A stretch of 64,000 nucleotides of DNA from Burkholderiales bacterium (GTDB lineage Bacteria; Pseudomonadota; Gammaproteobacteria; Burkholderiales; SG8-39). A program made the position numbers and the translations under genes. Below, in pieces: positions 27,299 through 36,694 of this stretch. The DNA is taken from NCBI GenBank assembly GCA_017880775.1, contig JADGRQ010000013.1, positions 5,368 through 69,367 of the forward strand. The letters run 5' to 3'. A model generated the notes under the pieces. It did no database searches. It saw only the letters and a list, made by a program, of their open reading frames with translations, and was not told where the DNA came from. Position 1 is the first letter of the stretch, and each line of letters begins with the position of its first letter.

Positions 27299-27511
27299 CT
27301 ATTTTCTCCGCGCGGCCTTGCGGGCCTGCGGAGTGGCGAACGGATCACGCGCTTTCTTTGTCTCATTCAGCGGCCTGGCGGAAAGGAAATCTTCGGGCAC
27401 GCGGGTTCTGGCGCGCAGCGCAAAGAAATCTGGCCATGAACCGGTAGGAAGCCGGGCGGAACGCACGGGAGTAACGGCTCGCCGGCGGGCGAGCATCTTG
27501 GACCGGCTCAA
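27299..27511 (-). pseudogene. AbrB/SpoVT-type VapB antitoxin, C-terminal fragment without toxin
   Basis: 70-aa TTG-started ORF; ...GSWPDFFALRARTRVPEDFLSARPLNETKKARDPF resembles the C-terminal half of VapB antitoxins (SW..FF......PEDF...R); the swapped-hairpin N-domain is absent and no toxin gene follows. Confidence 0.45.
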
Positions 27512-27532
27512 CCACAGATATTCGGACGCTCC

Positions 27533-27988
27533 CTATTTTCTTGGAATAAGGCGGCGATCCAAGCTATCCCAAACCCAATCCGACTTTTGTTTGATTTCTC
27601 TTCGCCCGCCTGTGCCGTCATTCCTGATGACAAATCGAACTTCTTCGCAACCTTGGAGACCGGGCACAATCGTAATGGTCGTGGTTGCTTCGGTCTTCAC
27701 AACTGTTGCGTCTAGTTCGCGGTTATAACAGATGTCGAGGTTGCCCCCTACCATCCTAAAAATCGCTTTTCCGCCGCGGTCCTCAACGGTGATATAACCG
27801 AGCGCTGCGGGTCCGCCGGGGGTTCCTCGTGCACTACGAGTTTGCTGACCGTAGTATGTCTGATACTCCCAACTCTGCGCACGCGCCTCAGTTGCAGCGA
27901 AAGTCATTGACGCGGCCAGCACTACAATGAACGACCACCCGGCAACACCGAAGAAATCATCACTCGTGCGGAATATTGATATGCTCAT
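27533..27988 (-). CDS. exported hypothetical protein (orphan)
   Basis: 151-aa ORF; hydrophobic signal/anchor GVAGWSFIVVLAASMTFAATEARAQ; SD GAGGAGA upstream; two Cys, beta-rich; AT-richer than core. Confidence 0.55.
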   Translation of the reverse strand: MSISIFRTSDDFFGVAGWSFIVVLAASMTFAATEARAQSWEYQTYYGQQTRSARGTPGGPAALGYITVEDRGGKAIFRMVGGNLDICYNRELDATVVKTEATTTITIVPGLQGCEEVRFVIRNDGTGGRREIKQKSDWVWDSLDRRLIPRK

Positions 27989-28147
27989 ACAATTCTCCTC
28001 TAAGGGGTGCCGGACGCAATCAAAAAATCAGTTGGCTTGTCGAATGCCATCTCTGTAAATATTGCCAAATCGATTTCTTCCAATCCATCCTTAGCCCAAT
28101 CATTACGTTCCACCCACACCGGCGGTTGTTACCAATCTCCCGTGACA

Positions 28148-28954
28148 CTAACACGGGGCCTGCGGATATGCGAAAGCAGCCGGACCCGCATGCCGGGCCA
28201 AGCGCACATAATCCTCCGGTGACAGATTCTCCGGTCGCAGCTTCGGATCGAAACCAAGCGCCCGCAATGCCGCCTCGTCAAACCATCTCGCCAGCGCATT
28301 GCGCAACGTTTTCCTCCGCGCGCTGAACGCAGCAGCAACCATGGTTCGGAATACTTTCTCATCGACCTCCGCGAACCCCCGCGCGGACCGCGGCACCAGC
28401 CGCACCACCGCGGACTCCACTTTCGGCGGCGGCGTGAAAGCCCCCGCCGGGACGCGAAACAGCTTGTCCATCCGAAACTTCGTCTGCAGCATCACCGACA
28501 GCCGCCCGTACTCCTTGGTCGAGTGCTTCGCCACCATGCGCTCGACCACCTCCCGCTGCAGCATGAAGTGCATGTCGCGCACGCGTGCGGCGTAGCGAGC
28601 GAGGTGGAACAGCATCGGCGTCGAGATGTTGTAGGGCAGATTGCCCACCACCCGCATGCCTTCGTGGAATACCGAGAAATCGAATTCAAGGACGTCCGCG
28701 ATGTGCAGGGTCAGCCGCGACGGCGGAAACTCCGCCGCCAGCCGCGCTGCGAGATCGCGGTCGATCTCGATCGCATCCATCCGCGTCACGCATTCGAGCA
28801 AGGGGCGCGTGAGCGCGCCTTCGCCTGGACCAACCTCAACTAGCACGTCGCCGGGTTGCGGGTTGATCGAGCGCACGATGCGCTCGATGACGCTGCGCTC
28901 GTGCAGGAAGTGCTGGCCGAAGCGCTTCCTGGGAACAATGCGCGCGCGGCTCAC
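28148..28954 (-). CDS. rsmA: 16S rRNA (adenine1518/1519-N6)-dimethyltransferase
   Basis: 268-aa ORF; KRFGQHFL start, VLEVGPGEGALT SAM motif, GNLPYNISTP. Confidence 0.95.
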   Translation of the reverse strand: MSRARIVPRKRFGQHFLHERSVIERIVRSINPQPGDVLVEVGPGEGALTRPLLECVTRMDAIEIDRDLAARLAAEFPPSRLTLHIADVLEFDFSVFHEGMRVVGNLPYNISTPMLFHLARYAARVRDMHFMLQREVVERMVAKHSTKEYGRLSVMLQTKFRMDKLFRVPAGAFTPPPKVESAVVRLVPRSARGFAEVDEKVFRTMVAAAFSARRKTLRNALARWFDEAALRALGFDPKLRPENLSPEDYVRLARHAGPAAFAYPQAPC

Positions 28955-29943
28955 GCGCGGTGCTGGCGCACGCCGGCGATCTCGAGCGCGAGGCGAAGCG
29001 CCGCTTCAAGACTGCCGGGATCGGCCTTCCCGGTGCCGGCAAGATCAAGCGCAGTGCCGTGATCGACCGACGTTCGCACGATCGGCAGGCCGAGGGTCAC
29101 GTTGACGCCGTGCCCGAAGCTCGCGTACTTGAGCACCGGCAGGCCCTGGTCGTGGTACATCGCGAGCACGCAGTCGGCGCGCTCCAGCCGCTCGGGCAGG
29201 AACAGCGTGTCGGCGGGCAGCGGGCCCTCCAGCGCGAGGCCGGCGGCGCGCAGTTCACGCACCACCGGCTCGATCACCTCGATTTCTTCGCGCCCGAGAT
29301 AGCCGCCCTCGCCCGAGTGCGGGTTGAGGCCCGCGACGAGGATGCGCGGCCGCGCGATCCCGAATTGCTCGCGCAAGCCCCGATCCAGCGTGCGTATCGT
29401 CTGTTCGAGGCTCGTACGCCCGATCGCAGCCGCAACTTCCGCGAGCGCCAGATGAGTGGTCGCGAGCGCCACCCGCATGCCGCCACCCACCAGCAACATC
29501 ACCGCCGGGGGAACCTGGGTGCGCGCCGCGAGGTATTCGGTATGCCCGGTGAAGGCGATCCCCGCATCGTTGATGACGCCCTTGTGCACCGGCGCCGTGA
29601 CCATCGCGTCGAACTCCCCGGCCAGGCATCCGTCGATCGCGCGGTCGAGCAGCGCGAGCACGTAGCGGCCGTTGGCCGGATCGAGGCGTCCTGCCTGCGC
29701 CGGATGCGCGAGCGGGACGTGCTCGACCTCGATCGCGCCCGAGGCAGGCAGCGCGCCGCGCGAGTAACGCCGCAGCGGAACGTTCACGCCGTTCCTGCGC
29801 GCGCGCTCGGCAAGCAAATCCTCATCGCCGATCACGACCAGGCGGCCGGCGAACTCGCGCGCGCCGAGCATGGCGCACAACTCCGGCCCGATTCCCGCCG
29901 GCTCGCCCGAAGTAAGAGCGATCACCGGCAAACGAGAACCCAT
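28951..29943 (-). CDS. pdxA: 4-hydroxythreonine-4-phosphate dehydrogenase
   Basis: 330-aa ORF; IALTSGEPAGIGPE, GHTEYLA, GLNPH.GE.G, SVDHGTA.D.AG.G motifs; 4-nt overlap with rsmA. Confidence 0.95.
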   Translation of the reverse strand: MGSRLPVIALTSGEPAGIGPELCAMLGAREFAGRLVVIGDEDLLAERARRNGVNVPLRRYSRGALPASGAIEVEHVPLAHPAQAGRLDPANGRYVLALLDRAIDGCLAGEFDAMVTAPVHKGVINDAGIAFTGHTEYLAARTQVPPAVMLLVGGGMRVALATTHLALAEVAAAIGRTSLEQTIRTLDRGLREQFGIARPRILVAGLNPHSGEGGYLGREEIEVIEPVVRELRAAGLALEGPLPADTLFLPERLERADCVLAMYHDQGLPVLKYASFGHGVNVTLGLPIVRTSVDHGTALDLAGTGKADPGSLEAALRLALEIAGVRQHRA

Positions 29944-29947
29944 GCTG

Positions 29948-31276
29948 CTACCGCTCTTCCAGCTTGATCTCTACGTAAGTGCGGTCGCGCAGCTGGCGCA
30001 GCCACTCCTGGTACGCCTCGTCGATCTTTCGATCGCGCAGCGCCTGGCGCGCCGTCAGCCGGCGCCGCTCGGCGCTCACGTCCGCGGTGCGACGCTCGAG
30101 CACCTGGATCAGGTGCCAGCCGAAAGGGGTTTTGACGGGTTCGCTGATTTCGCCCGGCTTGAGCGCGTTCATCGCCCGCTCGAAATCCGGGACCGTGTCG
30201 CCCGGATACACCCAGTCGAGATCACCGCCGCGCGCAGCCGAACCATCCTCTGAATGCAGTCGCGCGAGGTCGGCGAAATTGGCCCCGCCGGTCACGACGC
30301 GCTCACGCAGGTCGGTCAGACGCCGCCGTGCATCGGTCTCGGAAACGATCTCGTTGGTTCGCACCAGGATGTGGCGCGCGTGCGTCTGCGTCACGGGCGC
30401 CCCCCCGATTGCCGCGCTCGCGCCTCTCCGGTCGAGCACCTTGAGCACGTGAAAGCCCGCCGGGCTGCGCAACACGCCGCTGACCTCGCCGGGGCGCAGC
30501 TCTTTCAACGCGGTGGCGAAGATCTCGGGAAGGCGGTCCTGCTGCCGCCAGCCCATCGCTCCGCCCTGAAGCGCATCGCCACCGTCGGAATAACTCGCCG
30601 CGAGCTTCGCGAAATCGGCGCCTGAGCGTGCCTCGGCGACGACTTTCTCGGCCCGCGCGCGCGCCTGCTCGATCCGCTCCGGCGCGGCCTGGTCGGGCAG
30701 GCGCACCAGGATGTGGGCCAGGTTGTACTCGGCGCCGGGGCTTCCAGCCTTCGAATCTGCGTCCCCCGCCTCCGCGAGATACAGGTCGATTTCGCTGTCG
30801 CCGACCTGGATCTTGTCCTCGACCTCGCGCTCGCGCAAACGCGTCAGCACGATCTGCAGGCGCAGGTCCTCGCGGAAACGCTCGAACGAGACCCCGTCGG
30901 CCTCCAGCGCCTTGCGGAATGCAAGCAAGGTGAGTTTGTTGGTTTCGGCGATGCGCTCGATGGCCCGATCGATCTGCACCTCGTCGACCTTGAGACCGGT
31001 GTCGCGCGCGAGCTGAAGCTGCGCCTTTTCGAGGATCAGGCGCTCGAGCATCTGCTTCTCGAGCGCGGCCGGCTCCGGTGCCGGCGTACCCTGCCTGCGC
31101 AGCTCGCGCAACGCCGAGGCGACGCGCTCGTTGAGCTCGGAGGCGGTCACCACGTCGTTGTTCACCACCGCCACAATGCGATCCACCAGCGCGATGCGGC
31201 CCTGCCCGTGCCCCGCCGATTCGAGCACCAGCGCGAGCGCGAGACAGGCAATCATGGCGGGCCCGCGCATCTGCAC
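29948..31276 (-). CDS. surA: periplasmic chaperone / peptidyl-prolyl isomerase SurA
   Basis: 442-aa ORF; signal peptide, VDRIVAVVNNDVVT N-domain, two parvulin domains (..HILV......; FGWHLIQVLERR). Confidence 0.93.
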   Translation of the reverse strand: MQMRGPAMIACLALALVLESAGHGQGRIALVDRIVAVVNNDVVTASELNERVASALRELRRQGTPAPEPAALEKQMLERLILEKAQLQLARDTGLKVDEVQIDRAIERIAETNKLTLLAFRKALEADGVSFERFREDLRLQIVLTRLREREVEDKIQVGDSEIDLYLAEAGDADSKAGSPGAEYNLAHILVRLPDQAAPERIEQARARAEKVVAEARSGADFAKLAASYSDGGDALQGGAMGWRQQDRLPEIFATALKELRPGEVSGVLRSPAGFHVLKVLDRRGASAAIGGAPVTQTHARHILVRTNEIVSETDARRRLTDLRERVVTGGANFADLARLHSEDGSAARGGDLDWVYPGDTVPDFERAMNALKPGEISEPVKTPFGWHLIQVLERRTADVSAERRRLTARQALRDRKIDEAYQEWLRQLRDRTYVEIKLEER

Positions 31277-31277
31277 C

Positions 31278-33545
31278 TCAGTACACCATTTGGAACGGCA
31301 GCTTCTGCTGCAGACTCAGCGGAACCGGCTGGTCCGGCGTCAGGTGGGTGCTGGTATAGCCGGCCACCGTGCGCCTGAGCAGCTCGGCCGGATCCGAGCC
31401 AACCCGCCCGAAATCGCTGAGTTCGATCTGGACAAAAAACGTGCTCGAGGCGACCTGCGTGGCCGCCTGGAGGCGGTGCCCCACAACGCGCAGGATCCAG
31501 CAGCCGGCGTTGTACTCGATCCCGGCGATGCCTTCCAGCAGTTGCGAGTCCTGGAAGGAGTAGTTGTAGCGTCCAATGGCGTACCAGCGGGGCCACAGCG
31601 GCCACTGGCCCGAGATGTCGACCTGATTCAGCGTATCGCGCGTGAAGCGGTAGCCGAGGTTGATGACCTTGGCGATCTCAGGCGAGTAGCGCATCGCGGC
31701 GTTGAAGCGCTCGGTGCGCGTTTCCCGTTGGTTGTACTCGTAGGCGGTTTCGAACGACCACGCCTGCGAAATCCTTCCGCCCACCGAGGCGAGCAGATCG
31801 GAACTTCCGTAGCTGCGCAGATCCGAAGTGGGTGTGAGGCCGACCTGCTCATTCTTGAAATAGAAGCGCTGCGCGATCGTCGCACGCAGCACCTCCCGCC
31901 CGGAGGAAGATCCCAGCAGCCGCGTGGTCAATGCAGCGGTGAGCTGGTTGGCGTCGCCGAAGCGGTCGCCGCCGGCGAAACGGTTTTCGGTGAAAATCGA
32001 CGTGTAATTGAAATCCGACAGTCCGGTGTCGAACACCGGAATCTGGCTTTGGTCGCGGAATGGAATACGCACGTAGTACAACCGCGGCTCGAGCGTCTGG
32101 GCATAGCTCTCGCCGGCAAGCTTCAGGTTGCGCTCGAACACCAGGCCGCTGTCCACGCTGAACCATGGAATCGTGACCGACTGGCGGTCGGGTGTCCCCG
32201 CAGGCGCGTTCAGCAGGTTGTAGCCGCCGTAGTGCAGGCCGGCCTTGGGCGTGATGAAGTAGCCGGGCGCGACGATCGGCGCGCTGAAGGTCGGATCCAT
32301 GACCACGCGCTGCCCTTCCACCAATGTCGGGTGGGTAAACCGCACATACTCGATCGGCAGCACTGCATCGCCTAAACCGGCGATATCGTTCTTCGAGGTG
32401 CCGAACGACAATTGCGGCACGCGCTGGTACGGGCTGACCACCGGGCTGAGCGGGTCCTGCAGCGTCTGGAAGCGCTGTACGCGGCTTGTCAGGTAGTACC
32501 CGGTGCCGAGGACGCTTCCCGAGTAGGACAGGAATCCCTCCTGCAACAGGTTGACGGTCGAGGTCTGGCTCACGCGCGAGGACAGGTCGACGAAGTATCG
32601 ATCGTCGGAAACCTTGTTCAGATTGAGGTAACCCGTCAGCCCCGGCATAAACGTCTGGTTGTGCATCAGCGAGAAGCCGGTGCGCGTGAGTTGCGCCAGT
32701 TTGTCGTCGGGCAGCACCTCGTAATGCATCTCGCCCGCGTAGCGGCGGTCGATATAGCGGTACTCGTTCAGCAGCATCGGGCCGCGACGTGAAATGTAGC
32801 GCGGCGTGATCGTCGCATCCTGCTCCGGAGCGATGTTCCAGTAGAACGGCAGCGACAGCTCGAGGCCGCCTCGCGTCGATTGCGTGTAGGTGGGCGAGAG
32901 GAACCCGCTCTTGCGCCGGTTCTCGAGCGGGAAGGAGATCCAGGGGATCGGCCCGATCGACGCATCGAAAAACCTGAGCGTTCCATTGCGCAGCGTGCCG
33001 GTTTGGGTGTCGTAGTTGATGTCGAGTTCGCCCATATCGAAGCGCCAGTCGTCGTTCCCCGGTTCGCAGGATGTGTAGGTGCCGTTCTTCATCTTGAAAT
33101 GCCCTGGGCCGAGGAATTCGATTCTCTCGGCCTTGCCTCGCGCCGGCTGGTCGCCGCGCAGCAGGTAGCTCGGCTCCTCGAACACGCCGGTGTGATTGCG
33201 GGTGTCGTAACGCAGGCGCGGCCCCGAAAAGCGGTCGTTGTCCTGCTGCAGCCGCACGCCTCCGTCGGCTTCGATGCGCCCGAACTCCTCGTTGTAGCGC
33301 AGGAAATCGCCAAAAATCACCGTGTCGTCCTGGCGCAACTCCGCGTTGCCGCGCGCCGTCGTTTCCTGGCCGCCGATGCCTTCGATGTAATCCGCGTCGA
33401 TCGTGGTCGGGCCCGGTTCGCGCGGCAGCGCGGGAGTGGCTGCGGGCTTCGGCGCCCGCAGCTGCGCCTGCGCGGCACCGGCAAGCGCAAAGGCCGCCAC
33501 GAAGGCTGCAACGGGCACGCGCCAGCGCGCAAAATGGAACTGCAT
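31278..33545 (-). CDS. lptD: LPS-assembly protein LptD
   Basis: From MQFHFARWRVPVAAFVAAFALAGAAQA (codon 15 of ORF 31278-33587); OstA N-domain plus large beta-barrel with aromatic-rich strands; directly upstream of surA. Confidence 0.93.
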   Translation of the reverse strand: MQFHFARWRVPVAAFVAAFALAGAAQAQLRAPKPAATPALPREPGPTTIDADYIEGIGGQETTARGNAELRQDDTVIFGDFLRYNEEFGRIEADGGVRLQQDNDRFSGPRLRYDTRNHTGVFEEPSYLLRGDQPARGKAERIEFLGPGHFKMKNGTYTSCEPGNDDWRFDMGELDINYDTQTGTLRNGTLRFFDASIGPIPWISFPLENRRKSGFLSPTYTQSTRGGLELSLPFYWNIAPEQDATITPRYISRRGPMLLNEYRYIDRRYAGEMHYEVLPDDKLAQLTRTGFSLMHNQTFMPGLTGYLNLNKVSDDRYFVDLSSRVSQTSTVNLLQEGFLSYSGSVLGTGYYLTSRVQRFQTLQDPLSPVVSPYQRVPQLSFGTSKNDIAGLGDAVLPIEYVRFTHPTLVEGQRVVMDPTFSAPIVAPGYFITPKAGLHYGGYNLLNAPAGTPDRQSVTIPWFSVDSGLVFERNLKLAGESYAQTLEPRLYYVRIPFRDQSQIPVFDTGLSDFNYTSIFTENRFAGGDRFGDANQLTAALTTRLLGSSSGREVLRATIAQRFYFKNEQVGLTPTSDLRSYGSSDLLASVGGRISQAWSFETAYEYNQRETRTERFNAAMRYSPEIAKVINLGYRFTRDTLNQVDISGQWPLWPRWYAIGRYNYSFQDSQLLEGIAGIEYNAGCWILRVVGHRLQAATQVASSTFFVQIELSDFGRVGSDPAELLRRTVAGYTSTHLTPDQPVPLSLQQKLPFQMVY

Positions 33546-33672
33546 GGAGGGAACGAGGCGGATTGCTTGAGTGCTAAAATCGCACAATTCCCCCGGTTAC
33601 GCAATCCAAATCCGGCATCCGTCGCGGCGCGCGCGAAACTTGCGCGCGCCGTCAGACTGCGCTTCGCCCACA

Positions 33673-34677
33673 ATGAGCATTGATCTGCGCAGGGCCGCCC
33701 TCGAGCGCTGGCTGGCGGCGCGCTTTTCCGGGCGCGCGGTGTGCGTCGCGCCGGCATCCGAAGATGCGAGTTTCCGGCGCTATTTTCGCCTGCGCGTCGA
33801 AGGCGAGTCCTCTCTGATCGTGATGGACGCGCCGCCCGGAAAGGAAGACTGCCGTGCGTTCGTGCACGTGGCGAAGCTGTTTGCGGCCGCCGGCGTGCAC
33901 GTCCCGCAAGTACACGCGGTCGACCTCGAATCGGGTTTCCTGCTGCTGGAGGACCTCGGCAGCACCACCTACCTCGAGCGTCTCGACGCAGGCAGCGCCC
34001 CGGCGCTGTATCCAGCGGCCACCGACGCGCTGCTGCGCATCCAGCTCGCGAGCCGGCCGGACGCGCTGCCCGCGTACGACCGGGCGCTGCTCGAGCGTGA
34101 GCTGCGGCTGTTCCCGGAATGGTACGTCGCGCGGCAACTCGGGCAGTCGCTTTCCGGCGCGGAAACCGAGACCCTCGAGGCGGCGTTTTCGATCATCCTC
34201 GCCAACAATCTCGCCCAGCCCAGGGTCTACGTCCATCGCGACTACCATTCGCGCAACCTGATGGTGTGCGACCCGTCCCCGGGCGTGCTCGACTTCCAGG
34301 ACGCGGTATTCGGGCCGATCACCTACGACCTTGCGTCGCTCTTCAAGGACGCCTACCTCCGCTGGGACGAGGAACAGGTGCTCGACTGGACGATCCGCTA
34401 TTGGGAGAAGGCGCGCAACGCCGGGTTGCCGGTCGCGCGCGATTTCTCCGATTTTTACCGCGATTTCGAGTGGATGGGCGCGCAGCGCCACATCAAGGTT
34501 GCGGGCATCTTTGCACGGCTCTGCCACCGCGACGGCAAGCGGCGCTACCTCGCCGACATTCCGCGGGTGCTCGATTACCTGCTCGCGGCCTGCCGGCGCT
34601 ATCGCGAGTTGAATCCGCTCGCCGCGCTTCTGGACCGGCTGCACGAGCGATCGGCCGGCGGCGGCGCGCTCGCATGA
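33673..34677 (+). CDS. amgK: aminoglycoside-phosphotransferase-fold kinase, anomeric MurNAc/GlcNAc kinase-like
   Basis: From MSIDLRRAALERWL (codon 35 of ORF 33571-34677); catalytic VHRDYHSRNLMV and DFQDAV; divergent from lptD and followed by a MurU-like gene as in Pseudomonas. Confidence 0.78.
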   Translation: MSIDLRRAALERWLAARFSGRAVCVAPASEDASFRRYFRLRVEGESSLIVMDAPPGKEDCRAFVHVAKLFAAAGVHVPQVHAVDLESGFLLLEDLGSTTYLERLDAGSAPALYPAATDALLRIQLASRPDALPAYDRALLERELRLFPEWYVARQLGQSLSGAETETLEAAFSIILANNLAQPRVYVHRDYHSRNLMVCDPSPGVLDFQDAVFGPITYDLASLFKDAYLRWDEEQVLDWTIRYWEKARNAGLPVARDFSDFYRDFEWMGAQRHIKVAGIFARLCHRDGKRRYLADIPRVLDYLLAACRRYRELNPLAALLDRLHERSAGGGALA

Positions 34678-35369
34678 AGGCCATGATCCTCGCGGCCGGG
34701 CGCGGCGAGCGGCTCCGCCCGCTCACCGACCGTCTCCCCAAGCCGTTGATCGAGGTGGGCGGAAAGCCGCTCGTCGTCTGGCATCTGGAGCGGCTGGCCG
34801 ACGCCGGGATCGGCGAGGTCGTGATCAACCTGTCCCACCTCGGCGACCGGATCGAGCAGTCCCTCGGCGACGGGCGCGCATGGGGCCTGTCGCTCACCTA
34901 TTCGAGAGAGGCCGAGCCGCTCGAAACTGCGGGCGGTCTCGCGCTGGCGCGCGCGCACCTGGGCGAGCAACCGTTCCTGCTCGTCAATGGCGACGTGTAC
35001 TGCGAGTATCCGCTCGCGGCGCTGCGCGCGCGACTATCGAATTCGGCCCTTGCCCACCTGCTGCTCGTCGCCAATCCGTCGTTCCACCCCGGCGGAGATT
35101 TCTCGCTGAACGCAGGGCGAGTCGGCAACGACGCGACGCCGCGCTACACTTACGCGGGAGTGGCCGTGATTTCCCCTCAACTGGTGAATTCGGTGACGCC
35201 GGGGACGCGCGCTGCGCTTGCGCCGCTGTTGCACGCGGCGGCGGACGCCGGGCGTGTATCCGGCGAGTTGTACGAAGGGGCTTGGACCGACGTGGGCAGC
35301 GCCGAGCGTCTGGCCGCGCTCGACGCGCGGCTGCGTGCGGCTACTGCAGGAACGAGGATGCCGGAATGA
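34674..35369 (+). CDS. murU: nucleotidyltransferase, N-acetylmuramate alpha-1-phosphate uridylyltransferase-like
   Basis: From MKAMILAAGRGERLRPLTDRLPKPL (ATG 34674, ATGA overlap with amgK) within ORF 34119-35369; sugar-nucleotidyltransferase G-x-G-x-R signature. Confidence 0.78.
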   Translation: MKAMILAAGRGERLRPLTDRLPKPLIEVGGKPLVVWHLERLADAGIGEVVINLSHLGDRIEQSLGDGRAWGLSLTYSREAEPLETAGGLALARAHLGEQPFLLVNGDVYCEYPLAALRARLSNSALAHLLLVANPSFHPGGDFSLNAGRVGNDATPRYTYAGVAVISPQLVNSVTPGTRAALAPLLHAAADAGRVSGELYEGAWTDVGSAERLAALDARLRAATAGTRMPE

Positions 35370-36694
35370 ACATGAACGAACCTCCGCACGGAGCGCCCGC
35401 GTACGCAGCGCGGCGGCAACGCCTGTCGCACGCCATGGGCGCCGGGGTGGCAGTCATTCCGACCGCGCCGGAGCGAACGCGCAACCGCGACTCGCAATAC
35501 CCGTATCGCTTCGACAGCTACTTCTTCTATCTCACCGGATTTCCCGAGCCCGAAGCCGTACTGGTGCTGGTTGCCGGGGAGTCGCCGCGCTCGATCCTTT
35601 TCTGCCGGGAGAAACACGAGGAGCGCGAGATCTGGGACGGGTTCCGTTACGGTCCGCCGGCAGCGCGCGAGCGGTTCGGCGTCGACGAAGCACGAGCGAT
35701 CGAGCGGCTCGACGAAGACCTCGTGACGCTGCTCGCCGACCAGCCGTCGCTGTTCTATGCGCCCGGCGCCGACGCCGACTGGGATGCCCGCGTGATGCGC
35801 TGGCTGAACGCGGTGCGCGCGCAGGCGCGCACCGGCGTGTCGGCGCCGGCGCAGATTCACGACGTGCGCACGCTGCTCGACGAGATGCGCCTCGTGAAGG
35901 ACGCGGCCGAACTCGCGACGATGCGCCGCGCCGCCGGGATTTCCGCCGGGGCTCATCAACGCGCGATGCGAGCCGTCCTCCCGGGGCGCTTCGAGTACGA
36001 AATCGAGGCGGAGCTGCAGCACGAGTTCCGCCGCCATGGCGCGCAATTCCCGGCCTACTGGCCGATCGTCGCCGGTGGCGCGAACGCCTGCGTGCTGCAT
36101 TACCGAGACAACGATGCGCCGCTGCGCGATGGAGATCTGCTGTTGATCGACGCCGGCTGCGAGCTCGACGGCTACGCCGCCGACATCACGCGTACCTTTC
36201 CGGTCAACGGCCGCTACTCCGGCGCACAACGCGCCGCCTACGAACTGGTGCTGGCCGCGCAGTCGGCGGCGATCGCGCAGGTGCGCGCGGGCAACCCATG
36301 GAATGCGCCGCACGACGCCGCGGTGCGCGTGCTCGCGCAGGGCATGCTCGATCTGCGTCTGCTCAGCGGCTCGCTCGACGAAACCCTCGAGAAGGAAACC
36401 TATCGTCGCTTTTACATGCACCGCACCGGCCACTGGCTGGGTCTCGACGTGCACGATGCGGGCGAATACAAGCACGGCGGCAACTGGCGCGCGCTCGGCC
36501 CGGGCATGACGCTGACGGTCGAGCCCGGCATCTACCTCCGCGCGGCGCACGACGTGCCGGCGGAATTCCACAATATCGGCATTCGCATCGAGGACGACGT
36601 GCTGGTAACCGACGGGGATTGCGAAGTACTGACGCGCAACGCGGCCAAATCGGTCGCCGATGTCGAAGCGCTGATGCGCGATGGCAAGCACTGA
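35366..36694 (+). CDS. pepP: Xaa-Pro aminopeptidase
   Basis: From MNMNEPPHGAPAYAARRQRL (ATG 35366, ATGA overlap with murU) within ORF 34880-36694; RNRDSQYPYRFDSYFFYLTGF N-domain, M24 metal ligands (DAGCE.DGYA.DITR, HWLGLDVHD, TVEPG.Y, IRIEDD). Confidence 0.92.
   Translation: MNMNEPPHGAPAYAARRQRLSHAMGAGVAVIPTAPERTRNRDSQYPYRFDSYFFYLTGFPEPEAVLVLVAGESPRSILFCREKHEEREIWDGFRYGPPAARERFGVDEARAIERLDEDLVTLLADQPSLFYAPGADADWDARVMRWLNAVRAQARTGVSAPAQIHDVRTLLDEMRLVKDAAELATMRRAAGISAGAHQRAMRAVLPGRFEYEIEAELQHEFRRHGAQFPAYWPIVAGGANACVLHYRDNDAPLRDGDLLLIDAGCELDGYAADITRTFPVNGRYSGAQRAAYELVLAAQSAAIAQVRAGNPWNAPHDAAVRVLAQGMLDLRLLSGSLDETLEKETYRRFYMHRTGHWLGLDVHDAGEYKHGGNWRALGPGMTLTVEPGIYLRAAHDVPAEFHNIGIRIEDDVLVTDGDCEVLTRNAAKSVADVEALMRDGKH

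Larger units (their letters stand above)
24810..28147. other. accessory islet B (Fic + toxin-antitoxin remnants + exported orphan) downstream of rsmA
   Basis: Lies between gloA and rsmA; right half AT-richer (53% GC in 27601-27720 by hand count); contains only accessory-type genes, two of them truncated. Confidence 0.6.
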
